DNA of 58,866 bases. Source: Candidatus Thorarchaeota archaeon (GTDB lineage: Archaea; Asgardarchaeota; Thorarchaeia; Thorarchaeales; Thorarchaeaceae). Shown piece after piece: positions 9,711-18,900 of this stretch; position 1 is the first letter of the stretch, and each line of letters begins with the position of its first letter. The stretch is from positions 1 through 58,866 of the forward strand of contig PRDI01000050.1 of assembly GCA_003345595.1 (NCBI GenBank). The letters run 5' to 3'. A model generated the notes under the pieces. It made no database searches, had not been told where the DNA came from, and worked only from the letters and a program-made list of their open reading frames with translations. A program made the position numbers and the translations under genes.

Positions 9711-10990
9711 AGCTGATTGTTGTTGGTTCTGGACCGGGGGGCATGGCCGCCGCTTATGCGGCAAAGATGCTGGCACCTGACGCTGAGGTACGGATATTGA
9801 CCGAGGAAACGGTCGAGTCGCACCGTCGACCCGGGTCTGCTTTGGCTTTGGAGTTTCCTGACACCAAGGACCTGTTCATATCTGACTGGTCTTCTCGTTC
9901 TCTCGTTAAGAAGGGAATCGAAGTCAGCAAGGGTGTTTCCGTGATAGGGGGTGACCTCAAGTCAGGGAAACTTCGAGTGAAAGAACGTGATGGCAGTATC
10001 AGCAGTCTTCAATTTGACAGACTCATCTTGGCTACCGGAGGCAGACCGGTTTTACCTGACATACCCGGGGTGAAGTTGTCAAGAATCTACACGATCAAGA
10101 CCTTGGCCGATACCCGAAGAATAGGACGCGTGCTGAAATCGATTGACTCCGTTGTGATTGTCGGTGCAGGGTTCAGTGGGCTCGAAACCGCCGAGCGACT
10201 GTATCAGCTGGGAAAGGAAGTTCACGTTGTCGTGAGGTCTCGGCTGATGCGCAGGCTACTTGAAGAGCCTCTGAGCGAGGAGCTAAGACGACGAATACCC
10301 AAGGACATACATCTTCATATCGGATCTGCTCCGAAGGCAATCAAGGGTAACAAGAGTGTGACAGGGATCGTGATTGACGGCGAGGAGATCAAGGCCGATG
10401 CAGTCACATTCATGACCGGCGTCACACCCAATGTTGATCTGGCTGGGAGCCTGGGTCTCGCCATCGGCAGCTTAGGTGGAGTGACCGTCAACTCGAAACT
10501 GGAAACCTCGACCCCCGGCGTATATGCAGTCGGAGACTGTGTGGAGATGCCAGATTCGCTGACAGGCAAGCCCGTTCTCATGCCAGTAGGGAGTGCAGCG
10601 GCACGAGCAGGTCGCCAAGCCGCTGCTTATGCTGTTGGACGAGACAAAGAGTATCCGGATGTTTCACTTCGTTTCCAATACGATCGGCTGTTTGGAACCG
10701 ATATCGTCTGTGTAGGTCATTCATCAGTCACCGCCTCGGATCTTGGCTTGGAAGTGAAGGCACATTATCTTGATGATGGGCATGAGTACATGAAAGTCGC
10801 TCTCATAACAGGGCCGGACGGTAGACTTGTGGGCGGGCAGGTGATGGCCGCAAGGATGGGTGCTGTCGTAGGATACCAGATCATGGAAAGAGTGCAATCC
10901 GGAACCACACTTGAAGAGAAGCCACTACTGACGTTCAGACATGAGCGCGCGAAGGAAGTGCTCGAGAGGACCTTTGGCCCTATTCGATGA
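9707..10990 (+). CDS. FAD-dependent pyridine nucleotide-disulfide oxidoreductase (NADH oxidase/CoA-disulfide reductase-like)
   Basis: GSGPGG FAD motif, LILATGG, GAGFSGLE NAD motif, TSTPGVYAVGD; ATGA overlap with the upstream protease gene. Confidence 0.88.
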   Translation: MKLIVVGSGPGGMAAAYAAKMLAPDAEVRILTEETVESHRRPGSALALEFPDTKDLFISDWSSRSLVKKGIEVSKGVSVIGGDLKSGKLRVKERDGSISSLQFDRLILATGGRPVLPDIPGVKLSRIYTIKTLADTRRIGRVLKSIDSVVIVGAGFSGLETAERLYQLGKEVHVVVRSRLMRRLLEEPLSEELRRRIPKDIHLHIGSAPKAIKGNKSVTGIVIDGEEIKADAVTFMTGVTPNVDLAGSLGLAIGSLGGVTVNSKLETSTPGVYAVGDCVEMPDSLTGKPVLMPVGSAAARAGRQAAAYAVGRDKEYPDVSLRFQYDRLFGTDIVCVGHSSVTASDLGLEVKAHYLDDGHEYMKVALITGPDGRLVGGQVMAARMGAVVGYQIMERVQSGTTLEEKPLLTFRHERAKEVLERTFGPIR

Positions 10991-13874
10991 CCGGCGGTGG
11001 ACCGCCATCACCAACTGGAACCTCCCACTCTTCGTCGGGCCTGCGACTTGCTTTCTTGCCCGAACCTATCTTCAGGGCTCCCACATAGATAATCCCCACA
11101 ACCACGATGGCCAGAAGACCGATGACGACAGCTTGCACCAAAACATCATCGGCAGCGTCGACTGGTACAAGAACCATCTTCTCATATAGTCTCATGTTGC
11201 CGCTACCGTCCCGGGCGACCACAATGATGTCGTAGAAGCCGCCTGAAGTGAGTGTGAATGCCATCTGAAACTTGTATCCCAGAGATTCAGTCACAACGCC
11301 GGTCGTGTTGGTGCCATCCGAGCTTCGGACTGTGATTTCCACGTTTGCGAGGTCTTCATCGAAGACATACGCAGTGATGTTCGCGGTTTCACCAATGCGG
11401 CCATGGCTAAACAAGACGTCATAGACTCTCGGGATGACCGGTACTATCACCTTGGCAATGTTCTCCTGAAGCTTCAGATTATCGGCTCCAGCACGATCTG
11501 CGTCGTAGAGGACATCATCATACAGTATTGAGCCGTCCGAAACAACTATGACCTTTCCAAGACCGTACTCGGCCGTGGCGACTATGGCATGAGTCTTGGC
11601 CTCATCTATCCACAGTAGCCCCTGTGCCCCGGCCACTGAAGGCTCCACCTTCAGTGTACTACCGGCAAGAATGTAGAGATTCCTGACCCCGTCGGTGATT
11701 GGGCTGATCTCCACACTGCCACCGTAGTCTGTGCCGTAGACTAGACCAAGGCCATTAGGACCGACGCCGATTCCGATGCTCTCGCATTCAATACCGTATG
11801 GCGCAAGAATCTCGTTGTACGAGTCGATAGCGAAGGACGCCGCACCAGAGGTCTGATTGTAGAATTCCGAGAACATGAGAAGGGTTCCACCTTCGACCAC
11901 GAAGTTGTGGATGGCATCAATCTCTGATTGGGCGTAGGTGATCTCAGTGTCCATTATCATGAATATCTCTGCACTGGACAGGGCACCCTTGTCAATGGTT
12001 CCATCGCCTCCCGGACTGCCAAACACTGATACACGAATGCCCTGCTCCCGAAGGTACTGGGTGAAGTATCTGTAGTAAGATGGATCGTCAGGGTCAGCGG
12101 TCGATTGGTGCGCTTGGTCAGAAAGAAGCCCGCCGCCATACGATGTGATTGAAAGATCCAGTTTCATGCTAGCCACAGTGACGTTTCCAGATATTAGCGA
12201 AATCTGTCCGATGTAGCGGCCTACACCGGAAATCGGCAGGTCTTCTGGAATGTCAAGATTGATGCCGAAATATGAGTATCCTGTGCCTACGTCGAGCTCT
12301 ACCACGCTTGTGTTAACGAGGTCACTCGCATTTCCCGTAACAGCAATTGTCACGTGCCCTAGGTTGGTCGTCGAAAGCACACCAACGCGCTGCTCCTCTC
12401 GCACATCGCCAATGATGAAGACGCTACTGGTTCCTGGGAGTGTAGGGAACGCCCGTGGTGTCATCAACGTGATGATGCCTGACGAATTCGCTATCAGCTC
12501 AGAAGACTTGCTCACATTCGCGAGTCCCCACCCCTGAGCCATAGGGTCTTCACCGAGGTCAGTGGCGCCAGCCATGAGAAAGGCCTTCATCTCGATTGGT
12601 GTGATGACAGCATACTTATCCATAAGTAAGGCAAGAATCCCAGCTATTTGAGGGGCTGATGCGGAGGTGCCTGACCACTCGGCGTAGTTGCCGCCATACT
12701 GCGTGTAGTTGTAGAATGGATACTCAGTTGTGGATGCCGACGCTGCACGACCAGAAACGACCCGTAGACCTGGGGCCACGATGTCCGGTTTAGCATGCAA
12801 GCCAATGGGCTGGAGATGTGTTCTTTCTACTGGTCCTCTACTACTGAAGTCAGTCACGGCAAGGCTGCCTGCAGACGCGCCAACAGTTATCACATCCTCA
12901 ACCACTCCAGGTGCGTTGATTGAGAATGGAGCAGGGCCGTCATTGCCAGCCGCAACGACCACCACAACACCTTCTTCGACTGCTGCGTGTGAAGCGATGA
13001 TCGACGGGTCTGAGATTCCTGTGTCTGTCCATGACCCGCCGATGCTCATGCTGATTATGTCAGCACCGTTGTCAACGGCGAACTCTATTCCTGTTGCGAT
13101 TGCCGAGTCCGTAGCAGAACCGGTATCATCGAGCACCTTGACGATCAGCAGATCTGCTCCCGGAGCCATGCCCTTCAGCAGACCTGCGCTTGCGACACCT
13201 GTACCTGCCACCAGCCATGCAGTTGCTGTGCCATGGCCATTGTCATCATATGAAGTAATGCCATCAGAAGGGTCCATGTCATTCAGACCATTGACAAAGT
13301 CCCGGAAGCCAATCAGCCTTCCTTGAAGATCTGGGTGTGTTGACTGTACACCACTGTCAATCACAGCCACAGTGACGCCTGTGCCATTGTAGCCCTGCGA
13401 CCACAGGTCGTCTGCGCTCAGGACTTCCTGAGGACTTTCGTAGTCAAGGCGTGCCCAGACCGGTTCCTCAGACGATGGCAATGTCAGAGGCATTGCTGAT
13501 CTTTTTGTATCGAGGCCTAGTGTCCTTATGACGTCGCTTTGGGCAAGTGCCTTTACTGCATCCGATGTGGCCAACAAGGAAACAACCGGGATCAAGTGGA
13601 ATGCATGTCGAACAGTGTATCCTTCCGATGCTATGTCCTGAATTGCGTTGAGCATTTCCTCGGCGCCGGTGCCATCATCGAAGTAGGCGACTACCGGAAT
13701 CAGCTCTCCAGATTGAGATGACGCTGCCGCATGCGCCAATGCATCGGTGACCTTGGTCGTCACTCTATCATGGACTGCTGTGCCTTCCACTACGGGAGTC
13801 ACCTGCACTAGTGCTGTAAGCAGAAGAACAAGGAGCACGAAACACCTTGAAACGGTCGCTCGATTCACTGACAT
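10980..13874 (-). CDS. Membrane-anchored S8 subtilase with C-terminal GIFT/GATase-like domain (Site-1 protease-like architecture)
   Basis: Signal peptide, I9-like prodomain, VAVIDSG / GHGTATA / GTSASAP triad, AAGNDGP, post-catalytic DQAH...YLREQG...MDTE..Y...EI......V..GG.LLMFSEFYN domain, C-terminal TM and short cytosolic tail. Confidence 0.9.
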   Translation of the reverse strand: MSVNRATVSRCFVLLVLLLTALVQVTPVVEGTAVHDRVTTKVTDALAHAAASSQSGELIPVVAYFDDGTGAEEMLNAIQDIASEGYTVRHAFHLIPVVSLLATSDAVKALAQSDVIRTLGLDTKRSAMPLTLPSSEEPVWARLDYESPQEVLSADDLWSQGYNGTGVTVAVIDSGVQSTHPDLQGRLIGFRDFVNGLNDMDPSDGITSYDDNGHGTATAWLVAGTGVASAGLLKGMAPGADLLIVKVLDDTGSATDSAIATGIEFAVDNGADIISMSIGGSWTDTGISDPSIIASHAAVEEGVVVVVAAGNDGPAPFSINAPGVVEDVITVGASAGSLAVTDFSSRGPVERTHLQPIGLHAKPDIVAPGLRVVSGRAASASTTEYPFYNYTQYGGNYAEWSGTSASAPQIAGILALLMDKYAVITPIEMKAFLMAGATDLGEDPMAQGWGLANVSKSSELIANSSGIITLMTPRAFPTLPGTSSVFIIGDVREEQRVGVLSTTNLGHVTIAVTGNASDLVNTSVVELDVGTGYSYFGINLDIPEDLPISGVGRYIGQISLISGNVTVASMKLDLSITSYGGGLLSDQAHQSTADPDDPSYYRYFTQYLREQGIRVSVFGSPGGDGTIDKGALSSAEIFMIMDTEITYAQSEIDAIHNFVVEGGTLLMFSEFYNQTSGAASFAIDSYNEILAPYGIECESIGIGVGPNGLGLVYGTDYGGSVEISPITDGVRNLYILAGSTLKVEPSVAGAQGLLWIDEAKTHAIVATAEYGLGKVIVVSDGSILYDDVLYDADRAGADNLKLQENIAKVIVPVIPRVYDVLFSHGRIGETANITAYVFDEDLANVEITVRSSDGTNTTGVVTESLGYKFQMAFTLTSGGFYDIIVVARDGSGNMRLYEKMVLVPVDAADDVLVQAVVIGLLAIVVVGIIYVGALKIGSGKKASRRPDEEWEVPVGDGGPPPVIE

Positions 13875-14059
13875 CTATGCCGGCCCTTCTACACGCTGCA
13901 TCAATGCGACTCAAATAAGCGTTTTCTTGAGTGCGGGATTCGCACCATGGGAGAGCAACTCTTGTGGACTCGGTGATACCGAGGGACGAAGAGATATCTT
14001 GAACTGTGCAATAGATATGTTGGACGCGAAGTCCCGCTAGAACTAAGGAGTAAGCAGAC

Positions 14060-14350
14060 ATGAGTTCAAAGCCGCCTGTGTACGAGAGGCGTCTACAGAT
14101 CAAGCATTTCTATGACGACCGCCAATCGGGTCAGACTAAGAGGACTTGGATGGAGATACAGCTCCAGCTGCCAGAGAAGAGTCCTGAGGGATGGGTCAAT
14201 GATGGAAGGGTGAGACTCTCAATAGGCGAGGAGAAGGATGTCAAAGGCGCCTTCCTGTTGTCACTTGATGAGGCCTCTAGGCTCGTGAAGTCCCTTGAGG
14301 TGGCCATAGAAGAGCACGAAGAGTATAAGGCGAAGCTCTGGCGAGAGTGA
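14060..14350 (+). CDS. Small conserved-looking hypothetical protein, possible PC4/Whirly-like ssDNA/RNA-binding fold
   Basis: Good SD (AAGGAG) before ATG; alternating beta-strand pattern followed by FLLSLDEASRLVKSL helix. Fold is inference only. Confidence 0.6.
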   Translation: MSSKPPVYERRLQIKHFYDDRQSGQTKRTWMEIQLQLPEKSPEGWVNDGRVRLSIGEEKDVKGAFLLSLDEASRLVKSLEVAIEEHEEYKAKLWRE

Positions 14351-14488
14351 GCTGACCACTGGCTTCCCGCCTCACCTCCTAGTTGTGTGTGGCCAACCCT
14401 GATGCAAAGCCGCCCACATCATACTCACGAGGAACAGATTTATGGCTAGGCTCATTGGTTATGCTACAGAGCGAATGGAGGCTATGCA

Positions 14489-15613
14489 TTGACCAGCGCG
14501 AGCCTAGCGGCGAGCTTCACGTCAAAGATCGACTTTCAGTCTCCCATGAGTGACCTTGTGGCAGTCCTCCCTTACGTACTGCCTCTGATCTTCATCGGAA
14601 CTATGCTCCTTCTATTCCAGCGATACTTGCCCCGTGAGGCACTGCGAAGAAACATCTATTGGCTGTCAGGATGGGCATGCCTTGCTGTTTCGTTCATAAT
14701 CGTGCTATACGCGGGTTTTGGCTCAGGCTGGTTGAACTCACAACCGTTCGGATCATGGTGGGCTTTTGTTGGTGTGGTGCAGGGCATAAGCGATATCCTG
14801 TTTGGCTCGATAGGCATAGGCGTTCTGTACGTACTGATTATTGGCCTAGTGTTTGCTGCTCTGGCACATTCGCTGATCATGCCTCCGAACCCGGACTTTG
14901 TGCGTTTGAACGAGGAACTGAAAGAGGCAAAGGAAGGAGCCAAAGAGTTCAAGTCGAAGAGCCAGAACCTGGAGGCAGAGAACAAGAGACTCAAGGAGTT
15001 TGTTTCTGAAAAAGAAGTGGTCTTGACTGCGCTTCAGACGGAGCTCACGACTCTGAAGACTCAAGTCGGCGAAGGAAAAGAATCATACACCAGTCTTGAG
15101 GACAAGCTGAAGGCCGCAGCAGCGGCGACTGAGTCCGCTGAAGGCAAGGAAGACGAGCTACTTGCGACTCTTTCTCAGAAGGACCAGACGATTGGGGTAC
15201 TTCAATCGGAGCTAGCGAGTCTGAAGCGAATGGTGGAAACTTCGTCGAAAGCGGCGCCGGCGGGAGCTCCGGTCGTTGAGCCAGCACTCGCGAAGACACT
15301 CGAAGCTAAGCTCAAGACGACTGAAGCAAGGCTAGAGAGTTATTCTAGGCGTGCCGAAACAGCAACCGAGGTGGCTGACAGCGTGATATCGGACATGGCA
15401 CAGCTGATGTCGCAGGTAGAGACGAGCAAGATGGACCCACAGGCAAAGAAGGTCTTGACCGCACTCATCGAAGGCCTCGGCAGAGCTGTTGGAAGGATCT
15501 CCAGACCAGCGCCGGGCAAGGTGAGCGAGGAGCCCAAGATTGAGATGATTGGTGCCATTATGATGATCCATGAAGTGCTCGATTTCATCAAGAAAATGTC
15601 AAGAGCCTCGTGA
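14489..15613 (+). CDS. Membrane protein (3-4 N-terminal TM helices) with long cytoplasmic coiled coil
   Basis: Hydrophobic segments in aa 20-130, then heptad-rich E/K/L region (LNEELKEAKE...LEAENKRLKE...LQSELASLKR); GGAGG SD before TTG. Confidence 0.75.
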   Translation: MTSASLAASFTSKIDFQSPMSDLVAVLPYVLPLIFIGTMLLLFQRYLPREALRRNIYWLSGWACLAVSFIIVLYAGFGSGWLNSQPFGSWWAFVGVVQGISDILFGSIGIGVLYVLIIGLVFAALAHSLIMPPNPDFVRLNEELKEAKEGAKEFKSKSQNLEAENKRLKEFVSEKEVVLTALQTELTTLKTQVGEGKESYTSLEDKLKAAAAATESAEGKEDELLATLSQKDQTIGVLQSELASLKRMVETSSKAAPAGAPVVEPALAKTLEAKLKTTEARLESYSRRAETATEVADSVISDMAQLMSQVETSKMDPQAKKVLTALIEGLGRAVGRISRPAPGKVSEEPKIEMIGAIMMIHEVLDFIKKMSRAS

Positions 15614-15784
15614 TTGCCGGCGGAGAGTTCTCACCTGCAGTGTGCCTGCGATCTTGGAAGGTAAGATGTGCGTCGATGTGATAACGACACCCCTTAACGT
15701 CCGGCTAGACATAACGCTTATTAACAGCGCCTGACGCGATGGTTACCAATCACACGACGATAGAGAACGCGTATTGAGGAGACC

Positions 15785-15819
15785 TGTCTGAGGGTTCCTA
15801 CAGATGTTTTCCTCAGACA
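15785..15819 (+). promoter_or_regulatory. Inverted repeat in the probable 5' leader of the large subtilase gene
   Basis: TGTCTGAGG (15785-15793), 17-nt spacer, CCTCAGACA (15811-15819); lies downstream of a TATA-like CTTATTAA (15717-15724). Confidence 0.35.
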
Positions 15820-15914
15820 TCGAGGTATGCGACGCACAAGAGCCTTGCTAGCTGCTGGGTTCGACAGGTGCGTTTCGGTTCTCTGCTTCAGAGTTGTGAG
15901 GTGTGAAGGAAAAC

Positions 15915-18900
15915 ATGAACAATAAGAGGATGTATCTCGCTCTGTTTCTCGCTGTTACCATGGGCCTATCCATGTTCTTCTTGCCCATGGCACCGGTGAC
16001 GCGAACAGAGGTCAGTACTCCTCCGGCGTTCACACCCGAAGAAGTGGAGCAGATTGAGGACTTCTACGAGCAAGTCAATCAACCTGGCTTCACACCTGAG
16101 GTCGATGCACTCCTCACTGCTTGGCAAAGCGGTGAAGCGCTAGACACAAGGGTTGTGGCTGTGGGTGGAAAGCCGAGTGTACTGATATTCGGTGCTCCCT
16201 GGGTGGACATCGAGAGCATCAGACAGGTCGTCGACCTGAACTGGTGGGTAAACCTTGAGCTATTCAAGGTTGTAAAGGCAGTCCTGCCTGACGCAGCTGC
16301 CCTAGATCTACTGCTTGCAATAGACGGTGTCAGCACAGTCAGTGCTGACAAGGCTCCGATCTCCGTGAACGAAGGCATTGTCACACCTGTGGCTCCTGTG
16401 GAGGAACCCGGTCTCGACATGACTGAGCTTCGCGACGTGGTCGGTGCTACCGGTGCAGTGGCCAGTCTCTACACAGGAGCTGGTGTTCTTGTCGGCCATG
16501 TTGACACTGGTGCTGACTTCGGACAGCCCGATCTTCAGGCTGCATACAGCACGGACAGCTATGACCCGACAGGACAGGGTGTCATCTACACAAACATGCA
16601 TGGTAACACCACGAACGTCGCGAATGCCACCAAGTGGCTCGAGGACGGAAACGTCCTGACATTCACGAATGCAACTGGAACTTACCTCAATATCTCGCTT
16701 GATATTGACCCACTATGCAACTACATGGCTCTAAACATACTGTCACCACAGTACTATGTCTATAGCACCAGCGGTTCCAACGCAACGGCGACAACGGCGG
16801 CACGTACGTTCTTCGCGGCGCGGATTTGGAAGCCTGTTAAGGTTCCCGCTCCGAGCGCGATTGTCGGTGACTATCACTGGGGCTTTGCCCTGCAGTCAAG
16901 GCCAACGATCGCTGGTGGCTCTGCAAGACTGTTTACTCCAGTCCTTGTGTACAATGATACAATAACCCATCAGTGGACAACCGCGATTGACTGGGACGGT
17001 GCCTGGGTATGGAGCAACTTCTTCAACGGTGGCTGGAGGTATAATACTTGGAACTTCGGCTATCAAAGCACCAGAGACAAGATTCTGGCTGTGCTTGACA
17101 ACGACTTCACTGATGATATAGCTCAGGAGGTCTACACACTCTCCAACCCGAACATCGCACATGACTACACAGGTGACGGGATCGATGACTACACAATCGG
17201 CTCCTTGTGCTGGGTGTACGATTCTACGACAAACGCCACAGGCGCAATGGGTGCAGTCGTACTGCCAAAACAGACTGTGTTCCACGGCTTCAGGACAGAT
17301 GGTGACGCAATCGCCGTCTACTTTGATGCCGGAACTCACGGGACTGCAACCGCGGCACATGTTGCGGCTGCTGGAATCTACAACTACTACGATGTGAACA
17401 ATAAGACCACGTTCAAGATGAAGGGTATCGCCCCTGGTGCAAAGATCATGTCTGCGAAGGCAATCACCAGTGGTGCCGATTACGGCTCATACCTCTGGAT
17501 GTGTGGCTTTGACTACAACCAGACAACAGACGCGTTCTACTACACAGGCAACCACCGTGCTGACCTCGTGACCAACTCTTGGGGTTGGATCACTGAACCG
17601 TCTAGCCAGTTCAACTACCTGACATTCACTTGGGAGATCTTGTCGACTCCTCAGTACCTCAGTTCCAGCTATCCTGGCGTACTTCACGTCTTCTCAGCTG
17701 GCAACGAGGGTGAGGGATTCATGACAATTGGCCCGCCGGGTGCTGCCACCGCCGTTCTGACCGTGGCCGCTTCTACAAGCAACAAGTGGCTTCAGTACCT
17801 GTATGGTCCAGACCAGGACATTGAAGGCATAGCGAGTTTCACAAGCAAGGGTCCAGACTTCGATGGCTATCCGAAGCCTGATGTGCTAGCGCCGGGTGCC
17901 GCTGCATTCTCAGCAACACCCCTGTGGGCACCCTACTGGGTACCTCAGTGGAGACCCGGTTCGAGTTCTGCGAACTACACGCTGTTCTCAGGCACAAGCC
18001 AGTCAGCACCAGTTGCAGCAGGTTGTGCTGCACTTCTGATCGAGGCTCTTGAAGCTAGGCCATTCACCTGGGATCCCATGGATGTCAAGACCATCATCCA
18101 GAACACAGCTGAGGACATGGGTTATGACCCAGCCACACAGGGCTTCGGCAGAATCGACGCAAACGCAGCATGTGACTTTGCCAAGAACGATGTGGGTGTT
18201 TGGAGCTGGAACTATGACTCTTACCACACCAATGCTCACCTAGTGGACGAGGCGTGGAGCTATTGGGGCATTATTCCAGGCATTGGTGCGACAGTGAACC
18301 AGACTATCACGAAGCTTAGCGACGCAATTGTGGCAGATGGTGCCATCTACTTTGGAGCTGTCCTGCCCGACGATGTCGTGACCGTACACCAGACGATATT
18401 TGAGCTTCTAGCAGGGCCGGTGGTTACCTCCCCCGCATGGACTACAACAGCACTCTACATGAGAGAGGCTGAAACGCACAGCTTCACTGGTGTCACCTTC
18501 GCGTACAACGACACTGTCATGAAGGGAACCGAGATGTACGGCTTCTACAACCTGCGCGACATGCTCACACCCGCAGTCTATGACGCTGCTTTCTCGGCAT
18601 ACACCTACGTGACAGTCGGAGTGTCGTTCAATGCGACGCAAGTCTCTGGCAATGAGCCATGGATGTTCCTGTACGACTGGACGGACAACGACCCGAACGA
18701 TCTCAAGCCTAACCTCTGGAATGTCACAGCCGATCTGGGCGATGAGCTGACACGTCTGACAAGCGCACAGAACCCGAGCAACACCAACATGATGCCATTC
18801 GCGACCAACGACGCTAGTTTGGCTGCTGCTCTCGACGGCAACATGACACTCATCATCCACGACCCGACCCACGACGTGAAGATCACCAATCCTGGGCACA

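Noticed and set aside
15845-15880. GGTTCGA T-loop-like sequence suggesting a tRNA
   Set aside because: No cloverleaf or acceptor stem could be built around it.
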